The position numbers and the translations under genes are program-made. Positions 20,644 through 28,858 of a stretch of DNA of 64,000 bases are shown one piece after another. The stretch spans positions 6,233-70,232 of the forward strand of contig JAYOSV010000004.1 of assembly GCA_038139415.1 (NCBI GenBank), given 5' to 3'. This DNA comes from Verrucomicrobiales bacterium (GTDB taxonomy: Bacteria > Verrucomicrobiota > Verrucomicrobiia > Limisphaerales > UBA1100). The notes under the pieces were generated by a model, which made no database searches, was not told the DNA's origin, and saw only the letters and a program-made list of their open reading frames with translations. Every line of letters starts with the position of its first letter. Position 1 is the stretch's first letter.

Positions 20644-21854
20644 AGCACTTCCATCTGCACGGCTTTCTCGGGCATTTTCCGCTTCACCCACACGTACCGG
20701 AAGAGCACAGCACGTAACGCCATGGCCACCGGAATGGCCAGCAGACCGCCAATTACCCCGCCCACCAGCGTGGTGCCCATCAGCACAGAAATGATCACCG
20801 CCACGGGATGCATTCCCACGCGGTCGCCAATGATCTTCGGTTGGATCACGGTTTTCTCGAGGAACAACACCAAGGCACAAACCCCCAGAGACGCCACCGG
20901 CGCGTAAACGCCCAGCTCAGTGCCGAATAGGCTCATCTGATCGCCGTGCGTCAGTGACAGCAGCAGCACGGGCACTGTGGATACGATTACGCCAAAGTAA
21001 GGAATGATCCCGATGATCCCGGCCAGCAGCCCGAGCAAGATTCCGTAGGGCAGGCCAATGATCGAAAAGCCGATCGCCAAACAAAGCCCTACACAAATTG
21101 CCACCAGCACTTGGCCGCGGAAGAAGACCACCAGACAATCGTTAAACGACTCTAGCACGAAAACCGCCTCTTCCTTGAATTTCGATTCCTTTAACGGCAG
21201 GTAATCGCTCCACTTGCGCTGGATGGTTTGCGCCTCAAGCAAGAAATAAAAGACGTACACCGGCACCAGTGCCATGCCGGCAATCATGCCGATAAGGCTG
21301 ATGGCATCGGCCAGTCCGTTGGAAGTGAGCTTCTCGAGCCGCGTCGAGTTGGCCTGTATGATGTTTTGGAAATCAATCCGGTCCACGTCCACTTCGTTCA
21401 GCTGCATGAATTTCCCCCAGCTGGACTCACGATGCTTGATCACCCATTTGCGCGAGCCCTCTTCCAGCTGCTCGATTTGCACATCTTTGCCCAGCTGAAT
21501 GACATCCGGCACCACCGTACGCAATACCACTAGCGTGACCGTGCTCACGATACCCACCGCAATGATGAACACGAGGATGATCGCCTTCACGCGTTTGGGG
21601 TTGCGGATGTTGTAGAAGAGCCGGCTGACTTTGGCGGACATTTTGTGCTCAAAGAAATCCACCAACGGATTCAGCAGAAACGCCAGAATACCCGCTACAG
21701 CTAGGGGCAACAGTACCGGCGACAGGCGATCCAGCACCCATGCCACGCCGTAGAACATCGTTGCCAGCAGCGCGAGAAACACAGCAATTGCCAGCGCTGT
21801 GAGGGAGAACCACAGCACCTTCGCCTGTTTCTCTGAGGGCGAGGGAAAGGCCAT
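20640..21854 (-). CDS. AI-2E family transporter (PerM/UPF0118)
   Basis: 404 aa, polytopic, with a C-terminal AI-2E-like segment (GLLAGIIGIIPYFG...QPKIIGDRVGMHP). Confidence 0.85.
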   Translation of the reverse strand: MAFPSPSEKQAKVLWFSLTALAIAVFLALLATMFYGVAWVLDRLSPVLLPLAVAGILAFLLNPLVDFFEHKMSAKVSRLFYNIRNPKRVKAIILVFIIAVGIVSTVTLVVLRTVVPDVIQLGKDVQIEQLEEGSRKWVIKHRESSWGKFMQLNEVDVDRIDFQNIIQANSTRLEKLTSNGLADAISLIGMIAGMALVPVYVFYFLLEAQTIQRKWSDYLPLKESKFKEEAVFVLESFNDCLVVFFRGQVLVAICVGLCLAIGFSIIGLPYGILLGLLAGIIGIIPYFGVIVSTVPVLLLSLTHGDQMSLFGTELGVYAPVASLGVCALVLFLEKTVIQPKIIGDRVGMHPVAVIISVLMGTTLVGGVIGGLLAIPVAMALRAVLFRYVWVKRKMPEKAVQMEVL

Positions 21855-21866
21855 TTTGTCTTATTA

Positions 21867-22676
21867 TTACCCAAGGGTGCCCGCCTTGTCGGCGGCGGCG
21901 CGCACGGCGTTCATCAAACCGTTGCGCACTCCGGCGGCTTCCATTTCATGAAGCCCTTCAATCGTGGTGCCCCCGGGGCTGGTCACCATATCCTTGAGTT
22001 TGCCGGGGTGTTCGCCGGTTTCCAATACCATTTTTGCCGCGCCCAACAGCGTCTGCGCCGCCAGTGGCGTGGCCAGATCGCGCGGTAACCCGGCGGCCAC
22101 CGCGCCATCGCTCATGGCTTCGATCATTTGAAACCCATACGCCGGGCCGCTACCGCTGAGGCCGGTTACCGCGTTGATCAGGCGTTCGGGCACTTCCACG
22201 GCCACGCCCACGGCTTCCAACATTTGCTTGGTTAGCTTGGCATCCGCCGCCTTGGCGTAGCGTCCGCGGGCAAAACCGGCCGCGCCTTCGCCCACCAGCG
22301 CCGGTGTGTTGGGCATCACGCGAATCACTCGCGCCTTGCCGCCTACGGCCTCCTCCAACTGCGCCAACGTCACGCCGGCGGCAATGGAAACGATTAGATG
22401 CTTGGCCGTCACCTGATCGGCCAACTCGGCCAGCAGTTCGGTGACCTGATGCGGCTTCACGGCGATCACTATGACGTCCGCCTTGCGGAGCACCTCCGCA
22501 TTGCTCTTGGCCGAGCGGCCGCCGGTGGTTTTGGCGAACGCCTTGACGGTCGCCGTCACCACGTCGCCCGCAATCAATTGCCGGCCTTTCACCAACCCGG
22601 CCTGAACCATGCCGCCGGCCAACGCCGAGGCCATGCGGCCGGCGCCGAGGAATCCGAATGTTTGCTTCAAGGGCAT
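21867..22676 (-). CDS. proC: Pyrroline-5-carboxylate reductase
   Basis: 269 aa. GFLGAGRMASAL NAD(P)-binding start and the C-terminal SPGGTTIEGL motif. Confidence 0.92.
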   Translation of the reverse strand: MPLKQTFGFLGAGRMASALAGGMVQAGLVKGRQLIAGDVVTATVKAFAKTTGGRSAKSNAEVLRKADVIVIAVKPHQVTELLAELADQVTAKHLIVSIAAGVTLAQLEEAVGGKARVIRVMPNTPALVGEGAAGFARGRYAKAADAKLTKQMLEAVGVAVEVPERLINAVTGLSGSGPAYGFQMIEAMSDGAVAAGLPRDLATPLAAQTLLGAAKMVLETGEHPGKLKDMVTSPGGTTIEGLHEMEAAGVRNGLMNAVRAAADKAGTLG

Positions 22677-22719
22677 GCGCGTTTGTATCGGAAAACGGCT
22701 CTGAAAACGAGCCTAAAGC

Positions 22720-23631
22720 CTAGTTCCGCAGGAAGAAACCGCGCTGTTTTTCGCTGACCGGGAGGGCTAATTTCTCCATTACCGCCAGCATATCCTCCCA
22801 GATTTTGCGTTTCTCAGTGAGAGCTTGGTTGCGCAGGAGGTAGGCCGGATGAAAGGTGGGCATCAGCGGAATGCCACGATATGTCTGCCAGGAACCACGG
22901 AAGCGCGTGATGGCCACCTGTTGTTCCAGCAGGCCTTCCACGGCGGTTTTGCCCAAGGCCACGATGATCTTGGGCTGGATGAATTCGATCTGCCGATGCA
23001 ACCACGGCGAGCACGTGGCCATCTCTTCGGATGTCGGCGGCCGATTGCCGAACCGTTTGCCGGGCGTATCCGGGCGGCATTTCAAAATGTTCGCGATGTA
23101 CACCTGATCGCGAGCTAGCCCCATCGTCTCGATGATCTTGGTGAGCAACTGGCCGGCCTTACCCACGAACGGTTCGCCGGCATTATCCTCATCGGCCCCC
23201 GGCGCTTCGCCCACAAACATCAAATCCGCGGAGGCGTTGCCTACTCCAAACACCACGTTTTTGCGTGAGGACACGAGGTTGGGGCATTGCGTGCAGGCCA
23301 ACACCATCTCCCGCAAAGCCTCAAACGAATCGGCCCGGGCGCCCACATTGGACGGGGCCGCCGGCGGCTGGGAGGCAGCCTTCGAGGGGTTTGTCTGGGA
23401 TGGGTTTTGCGGACGCCGCTTCGAGACTTCCGGTTGCGTGAGCGCGGCGAGCTTGGCCGGATCCACCACCACATGCCGTTGCCCGCGCGCTTTCTGCTGG
23501 TGCAGATAATCGACGGTGGCAGCCAGCAACTGATGGTAGGCATTCACTGGCCGAAGGCTAATCCGGTGACCATCGGCAGCACGGAAAACTTGTCCCGACT
23601 TACTCACGCTTTTAGGCTGGCGGCATGACAC
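22720..23631 (-). CDS. Uracil-DNA glycosylase, family 4, with ~110-aa N-terminal extension
   Basis: Motifs CTQCPNL and GEAPGADEDNAGEPFVGKAGQLL, plus the C-terminal HPAYLLRN. The exact start is uncertain. Confidence 0.85.
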   Translation of the reverse strand: MSCRQPKSVSKSGQVFRAADGHRISLRPVNAYHQLLAATVDYLHQQKARGQRHVVVDPAKLAALTQPEVSKRRPQNPSQTNPSKAASQPPAAPSNVGARADSFEALREMVLACTQCPNLVSSRKNVVFGVGNASADLMFVGEAPGADEDNAGEPFVGKAGQLLTKIIETMGLARDQVYIANILKCRPDTPGKRFGNRPPTSEEMATCSPWLHRQIEFIQPKIIVALGKTAVEGLLEQQVAITRFRGSWQTYRGIPLMPTFHPAYLLRNQALTEKRKIWEDMLAVMEKLALPVSEKQRGFFLRN

Positions 23632-23930
23632 GGCATTGCTTCAACTGCGGGTGGGAATGGAAACGGGCGCATCTTCCGGGCCGGCGCGATACCTGCGATG
23701 AATGCAACACCGACCTGCGCTGCTGCCGCAACTGCATCCACTACGACATGATTGTGGCCCATCAATGCCGCGAACGCCGGGCTGAGCCGGTGGATGAAAA
23801 GGACCGCAACAATTACTGTGAGTACTTCGATTTCGCGCGACGCAACTTCAAGAAAATCGAGCGTTCCGAAGGCGATCAAAGTCGCGAAGACGAGGCCAAC
23901 GAGACGTTGCGCAAGCTGCTGGGCGATTAG
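23625..23930 (+). CDS. Small Cys-rich zinc-ribbon protein (hypothetical)
   Basis: 101 aa with CFNC...CDEC...CRNC...C clusters and an acidic C-terminus. No family recognised. Confidence 0.5.
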   Translation: MTRHCFNCGWEWKRAHLPGRRDTCDECNTDLRCCRNCIHYDMIVAHQCRERRAEPVDEKDRNNYCEYFDFARRNFKKIERSEGDQSREDEANETLRKLLGD

Positions 23931-23966
23931 GCTCAACCACTTCATCTGGGCCTGTTTCTTTTTAAA

Positions 23967-23991
23967 CACACTACTAATAGTGTGATTTTAT
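23967..23991 (+). terminator. Hairpin plus T-run downstream of the zinc-ribbon gene (candidate terminator)
   Basis: CACACTA (23967-73), loop ctaa, TAGTGTG (23978-84), followed by ATTTTAT. Confidence 0.4.
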
Positions 23992-24034
23992 CTCATGCCG
24001 TTCTTGACATTCAGGTGGAAAACCGTTTCTCTTC

Positions 24035-24199
24035 ACACGGCGGTGCCACCAAGGAGGGCGTTGCCGGACCCAGAAACAAAGAGAATTTAGGTTCTGATCC
24101 AGTACAATCGGAACCGATACCTGCAGTAGCCTACTTGTACTGTTTCTGTGTTCACCGGACCAGGCAGGCCGCCTTCAGGCCACCTGGTCCGGCTTTTTT
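24035..24199 (+). ncRNA. Candidate structured small RNA of unknown class, ending in a strong terminator
   Basis: No ORF. Nested helices CAGAAACA (24071-78)/TGTTTCTG (24141-48), AGAA/TTCT hairpin (24082-95), CAGTACAA (24100-07)/TTGTACTG (24135-42). Ends in the terminator at 24155-24199. No plus-strand gene lies downstream. The 5' end is a guess. Confidence 0.3.
24155..24199 (+). terminator. Rho-independent terminator (plus strand)
   Basis: CCGGACCAGG (24155-64) pairs with CCTGGTCCGG (24183-92), followed by CTTTTTTA. On the minus strand the stem is not followed by a T-run. Confidence 0.65.
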
Positions 24200-25439
24200 A
24201 TGGGGTGACCGGCTGCAGCCACGCGCTCTCCCGGGCGTTGGGCGTAGTGCCGTTCTTCTGAGGTTTCGAGGACACGATTTTTGCGCGCACGTAAATCTCA
24301 TCCCCTTTCAATACATACCGTGCACGCGGTCCCTTCACGGTGACCAGCACTTGGCCAACGTCCGCACTGTACCGATGCGTGACGCGCAGCTTGGTGCCAT
24401 TGGCCAAGGTGATCGGTTTGTGGGTGGCATCGTATCCCCGGCGCGTGCCGATGAATTGCGTGGTATACTGCACGCCGGCCTCGGCCTGGATGGTTAGGTC
24501 GATTTCCTTGGAGGTTTGCTTTAAGGATTTCAGCGTGACGCCTGTGCTGGAATAAAAATCACCCTTTTCCATCGACGTGACGAGCGCGGCGGCATTGAGT
24601 TTGGCGGCGCGCACCATCACCCAGCCGCGGCCGGTGTTGCTGCGGTTGGCCGCCACGCCGTGGTAGTTGTGGGCGTCGTCGGTGGCCAGGCCATAGAGCA
24701 GGTCGAGCTTGTACTCGGTCAGCCTGCGGGTGTTGATGATGTCCCACATGCGTTCGGTGCTGGCGTGGGTAGCATCGCCCAAGTCGCGCACGGAGGGGTG
24801 GCCGTTGTACACCTCGAAAAATCGCTCGCCTTTCACGCGCATGAGCTCCTCGGCGGTGACACCCCAGCCGAAGTTGGGATGGTTCAGGTGCAGAAACATC
24901 GGCTGCCCGGTGGCTTTGCGTTGGGCCAGTAGGGCATTCATGTTGCGTTGCATGACATCGTACACGCTGTCGCCGCCCTGCGGTGTAATCTTATGGCGCA
25001 GGTTGGTGGCGTTCATGTGCACGGGTGCGGTCTTCCAGCGGTCGGTGACTTCCTCGGATTGGATCATGAGAAACCGATTGGGTTCCTCCACGCGCTTGCG
25101 AAATTCTTCCAACGTGCGCAATCGCACTTGCTGTCGACCGCCCTGATCGCGCTGTTGCACCCAGTCTTTCCCCCAGGCAGCGAGGTACTTCTGCAGCGCG
25201 GGCGGTCCGCCTTTGCTTTTCATGACATCAACCCAGCGTTCACCGACCTGTAGGGTGTTGTGGTCGGATAACGCCAGAAAATGGTAACCGTGATCTTTGT
25301 ACCATTTGGCGATTTGCTCCGGATAATCGTCGCCATCGCTCCACAAGGTGTGCGTGTGGAGGTTGCCCTTCCACCATGACAATTCGGCGGCCGATAACGA
25401 TAGTGTCCAGGAGACGGCTAGAAGCATGAGTAATCGCAT
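24198..25439 (-). CDS. Secreted PHP-domain metal-dependent phosphoesterase
   Basis: 413 aa. Signal peptide and PHP motif GNLHTHTLWSDGDDYPEQIAKWYKDHGYHFLALSDHN. Its start overlaps the MBL-gene stop (TAATG). Confidence 0.8.
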   Translation of the reverse strand: MRLLMLLAVSWTLSLSAAELSWWKGNLHTHTLWSDGDDYPEQIAKWYKDHGYHFLALSDHNTLQVGERWVDVMKSKGGPPALQKYLAAWGKDWVQQRDQGGRQQVRLRTLEEFRKRVEEPNRFLMIQSEEVTDRWKTAPVHMNATNLRHKITPQGGDSVYDVMQRNMNALLAQRKATGQPMFLHLNHPNFGWGVTAEELMRVKGERFFEVYNGHPSVRDLGDATHASTERMWDIINTRRLTEYKLDLLYGLATDDAHNYHGVAANRSNTGRGWVMVRAAKLNAAALVTSMEKGDFYSSTGVTLKSLKQTSKEIDLTIQAEAGVQYTTQFIGTRRGYDATHKPITLANGTKLRVTHRYSADVGQVLVTVKGPRARYVLKGDEIYVRAKIVSSKPQKNGTTPNARESAWLQPVTP

Positions 25440-26422
25440 TATTTTTTCTCCTCTTCGGCGGCTTTCTTTTGAACGTCCAGTCGGCCGAGTGTTTGGCCGG
25501 TGTAATCGCCGAAGATCTTTTGTAATTGGTCGGGGAACTTGTCGCCTACGTAACGGGCGATCTGCTTGTTCTTCACCACCTGTTTGCGGAGCAGCTCGGT
25601 TTGAGCAGTGAGCGTTTGTTGCCCGGCCTTCTTGGTAGTGAACGGCTTCACCAAACGATGCAGCGTGGTGAAGTAGGTTTTCTGATCATCAATTAAGCTG
25701 GCCGTCGCTATGCCACCATGGCCGGGGCACATAATCTTGGGCTTGAGCGCCTTGGCGGCATCCAGCGTTTTTAGCCAGTCGATGGAGTTGCCGTCGCCCA
25801 TGTAATTGTACGGGCCGTTGACGCAGGCATCGCCGCTGAAGAGGATGCGCTGTTTGGGCAGCCAGACAAACACGTCGCCGTGCGTGTGGGCGTTGCCGAG
25901 GTAGAGCAGCTCGGCGCGCATGGTGCCGTCGTCGAACACCATCTTGTCCTTGAAGATGATCTGCGGTGGCAACAGCTTGCTGTTGCGTACATCGGCCCGG
26001 CTCTTGGCGGCCCATTCCCAGCGACCGAGCGGATGCCGGCCGTAATAGCCGGTCTCGTATTTCTTCATCTCTGCCAAGGCGCCTTCGGAGGCGATGGGCG
26101 TAGCGCCGGCTTCGGCCCAGGCCTGATTGCCATAAGCGTGATCGCCGTGGTGATGGGTATCCACCACGTACTTGATGGGTTTCTTAGAGACGGCCTTAAT
26201 CTTGGGCAAGACTTCCTCCACGCCGCTCGGGAAATTGCCGTCAATCACCAGTACGAAATCCTTGAAGACAATCCATCCCTGGTTGCAGTGACCTTTAGAG
26301 AGGTCGCCCTGATGAAAATACACGTTGGGAGCAACCTGTTGAATCTCGCCGATTTTATCCGCGGCCTGGAGGGAGCCAGACAACGACAACGCCGCCATGA
26401 AAGGAAGCAAAGTGGCTTTCAT
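25439..26422 (-). CDS. Secreted MBL-fold metallo-hydrolase
   Basis: HxHxDH motif VVDTHHHGDHAYGN. Start placed at internal Met88 (MKATLLPFMAALSLSGSLQA signal peptide). Confidence 0.85.
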   Translation of the reverse strand: MKATLLPFMAALSLSGSLQAADKIGEIQQVAPNVYFHQGDLSKGHCNQGWIVFKDFVLVIDGNFPSGVEEVLPKIKAVSKKPIKYVVDTHHHGDHAYGNQAWAEAGATPIASEGALAEMKKYETGYYGRHPLGRWEWAAKSRADVRNSKLLPPQIIFKDKMVFDDGTMRAELLYLGNAHTHGDVFVWLPKQRILFSGDACVNGPYNYMGDGNSIDWLKTLDAAKALKPKIMCPGHGGIATASLIDDQKTYFTTLHRLVKPFTTKKAGQQTLTAQTELLRKQVVKNKQIARYVGDKFPDQLQKIFGDYTGQTLGRLDVQKKAAEEEKK

Positions 26423-26474
26423 GAGGGCACGGTAGCCGCGCAATGAAGCCGGCGCAAGCCGGCGCTTGAAGAAA

Positions 26475-27050
26475 CTATGGGAACCGCGCGCCCTGCGATT
26501 TTCCATGATTTGTGCGTCGATCGTAGTCCTGATGCAAGGCCTTGTGAATGGTGACAACTTCCTTGGCCTTTTTCTTAATGGCCTCCTCGATCTCGATTTT
26601 GGAATTAAACGTGCCGAGCTGGCCGAGACGCGTGTTGAGTGTTTGCCCGGCGCGCTTGGCCAATTCCACATGGCCTTCTTCATGGCGTTTGAGGTTGTTC
26701 AGGTAAACGATCCAAAGTCGGCGCGCTAATGGATGGCCCTGCTCGATATCTACCCATTTTGGAAAATGAATCGTAGCAGTGACTTTTACGGTGTGTTCGG
26801 TGAGCTGATATTTCCCATCACTCTGGGAATACTGATAATCCCAATTCAAATTCCAATCGGTGCGGGCATCAAATCGCTTGCGAGTTTCGGGATTCAACGG
26901 GCCCACTTCATTGAGCTGACGGCGCAAGTCCGCATACGTTCGGCCTTTTATATCATACAAGGCCCATTCACGCTTGAACTCAATCTCTGCCGCCCCGGCG
27001 CCCATCGGCAGCCAGAAGTTCAGTAGAAGAATGAGCAGAAACCAACGCAT
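26475..27050 (-). CDS. DUF922-type predicted secreted Zn-dependent peptidase
   Basis: 191 aa. Signal peptide and the HEEGH motif (LKRHEEGHVELA). Confidence 0.7.
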   Translation of the reverse strand: MRWFLLILLLNFWLPMGAGAAEIEFKREWALYDIKGRTYADLRRQLNEVGPLNPETRKRFDARTDWNLNWDYQYSQSDGKYQLTEHTVKVTATIHFPKWVDIEQGHPLARRLWIVYLNNLKRHEEGHVELAKRAGQTLNTRLGQLGTFNSKIEIEEAIKKKAKEVVTIHKALHQDYDRRTNHGKSQGARFP

Positions 27051-27052
27051 GA

Positions 27053-28627
27053 CTAAGGCTGTCGCGGTTTCCTTTTCCGGGTTTTCTTGGCCATGTTCAG
27101 GTGCCGATTCACCGCGTTGAGATACGCTCGGGCACTGGCTTCAATGATATCCGTACTGGCGCCGCGTCCGGAGACCCATTCCGTGCTGCCTCCGAAATCC
27201 ACCTTCACAGTCACCTCGCCCAAGGCGTCCTTACCTTGAGACACGGCGCGTATGGTGTAATCCATCAGCTTGCCCTTCGTGGTGGTGATGCGATCAATGG
27301 CCTTCAATGACGCGTCCACTGGGCCGTCGCCGATGTTGGCATCCTGTTTCACTTCCGTTTGACGTCCGGTCTTGCGAGTCAATCGCACGGTAGCTGTGGG
27401 GACCGTTTGATTGCCGGTGCTGACGCTTAAATAATCGAGCGACCATGTTTCAGGCACGGTAGTAATGTGGCCTTCCACCAGAGCGGCCAGATCGTCGTCA
27501 TACACAAACTTCTTCTTGTCTCCGATTTCCTTAAACTTATCAAAGATTGATCCCACTTCGGGGGCGTCCATTTTGAAGCCAAGATGTTTCAAGCGCGCCG
27601 CCACCGCTGCCCGTCCACTGTGCTTGGTGAGCGGCAGCTCGGTTTTGCCCCAGCCCACGTGCTTGGGGTTCATGATTTCGTACGTCTCTCGCTTTTTTAG
27701 AATGCCGTCCTGATGAATCCCGCTGGAATGCGCAAACGCGTTTTCGCCCACAATCGCTTTGCTGCGCTGCACGCTCAAGCCGCTCATGCGCGCGACCAGC
27801 TTAGAGGCTTTCACAATCTCTTTCGTATCCACGCCCATGCTGAAGCCGCGATAGAAACTCTTGCGCGTCTTGAGCGCCATCACCACCTCTTCCATGGCTG
27901 CGTTGCCGGCGCGTTCGCCAATGCCGTTCACGGTGCATTCCACCTGACGGGCTCCGGCTTGCACGGCGGCCAATGAGTTGGCGACGGCCAAGCCTAAGTC
28001 ATTGTGACAGTGAACACTAATCACGGCCTTGCCGGTTTGGAATTCCTTCACGTTATCATGCAAATGCGCAATGAGCTGGCCGAATTCATCGGGCACCGTC
28101 CAGCCCACGGTGTCGGGAATATTTACCGTGGTGGCACCCGACGCCACGACGGCCTTGCAGATTTCCACGAGGAAATCCGGTTCCGTTCGGGAACCATCTT
28201 CCGGTGAAAATTCTATATCTTTAACATATTTACCTGCACGTTTAACGCTCTCCACAGCCAACCGAAGGATTTCGTCCTGCGCCTTACCCAGCTTGTGCTC
28301 GCGATGGATTTTTGAGGTGGCCAGAAACACATGGATTCGGCCGCGCTTTCCAGCCGGCTTCACCGCTGCTCCGGCGGCATCAATATCCTTGGGCACGCAA
28401 CGCGCCAGGCCTGCAATTTGGGGTCCTTTGACTTGTTTGGCGATGGTTTGTACCGCCGTAAAATCACCCTCACTGATCACCGGGAATCCGGCCTCAATGA
28501 CATCCACCTTCAAGGCCCCCAGCTGCTGAGCCACCGCCAGTTTTTCGCGGAGGTTCATGGAGGCCCCGGGGCATTGCTCTCCGTCGCGGAGAGTGGTGTC
28601 AAAGATGAGGATCTTGTTTTTGCTCAT
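27053..28627 (-). CDS. leuA: 2-isopropylmalate synthase
   Basis: 524 aa. IFDTTLRDGEQCPGASM and HCHNDLGLAVANSLAAV motifs, plus the C-terminal LeuA dimerisation/regulatory domain. Confidence 0.95.
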   Translation of the reverse strand: MSKNKILIFDTTLRDGEQCPGASMNLREKLAVAQQLGALKVDVIEAGFPVISEGDFTAVQTIAKQVKGPQIAGLARCVPKDIDAAGAAVKPAGKRGRIHVFLATSKIHREHKLGKAQDEILRLAVESVKRAGKYVKDIEFSPEDGSRTEPDFLVEICKAVVASGATTVNIPDTVGWTVPDEFGQLIAHLHDNVKEFQTGKAVISVHCHNDLGLAVANSLAAVQAGARQVECTVNGIGERAGNAAMEEVVMALKTRKSFYRGFSMGVDTKEIVKASKLVARMSGLSVQRSKAIVGENAFAHSSGIHQDGILKKRETYEIMNPKHVGWGKTELPLTKHSGRAAVAARLKHLGFKMDAPEVGSIFDKFKEIGDKKKFVYDDDLAALVEGHITTVPETWSLDYLSVSTGNQTVPTATVRLTRKTGRQTEVKQDANIGDGPVDASLKAIDRITTTKGKLMDYTIRAVSQGKDALGEVTVKVDFGGSTEWVSGRGASTDIIEASARAYLNAVNRHLNMAKKTRKRKPRQP

Positions 28628-28654
28628 GTATTGTCTTTCGCAGCAGTTTGTTTA

Positions 28655-28691
28655 CCAAAAAAAGAACCCCACCGCCAGCTTGGCGATGGGG
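28655..28691 (-). terminator. Intrinsic-terminator hairpin inside the leuA 5' leader (candidate attenuator)
   Basis: Minus strand: CCCCATCGCC, loop aagct, GGCGGTGGGG, followed by TTCTTTTTTT. The T-run ends ~28 nt upstream of the leuA ATG. There is no upstream minus-strand gene for it to terminate. Confidence 0.5.
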
Positions 28692-28711
28692 CTCCCAAAA
28701 TTGTCGCTCGG

Positions 28712-28780
28712 CTAAACCCCAACCGCTCCGCTGCCAAGAAGCAGCGTCCGCTGAAGTGGTAGATTTAGTCCGTTACGCAC
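28712..28780 (-). promoter_or_regulatory. Candidate Leu-rich leader peptide ORF (GTG start, 22 codons) upstream of the leuA attenuator hairpin
   Basis: Minus-strand reading gives GTG-R-N-G-L-N-L-P-L-Q-R-T-L-L-L-G-S-G-A-V-G-V-stop. Six of 22 residues are Leu, including CTG CTT CTT at 28736-28744. The start codon and translation are unproven. Confidence 0.3.
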
Positions 28781-28858
28781 GACACATTTGTTAATATAGG
28801 CGCTGGCGCGCGTCAATGTTGAATCCCGAGCCCTTCCCGTCTATGCTCCGCGCTCCCC

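Noticed and set aside
23625-23631. Divergent genes (UDG on the minus strand, zinc-ribbon on the plus strand) whose annotated start codons overlap by 7 nt.
   Set aside because: Most likely a start-codon assignment issue for the UDG N-terminal extension rather than a real overlap. There is no evidence either way from sequence alone.
24035-24199. Identity of the candidate sRNA as SRP RNA, 6S RNA, tmRNA or RNase P RNA. The same question was asked for 13004-13366.
   Set aside because: I could not find the conserved SRP domain-IV sequence, the tmRNA tag or tRNA-like ends, or the RNase P GAGGAAAGTCC-type conserved regions. The class is left unknown.
28331-28762. 143-aa plus-strand ORF spanning the leuA 5' end and leader.
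   Set aside because: It is antisense to leuA and its leader, with no motifs. It is explained by the GC-rich antisense frame.
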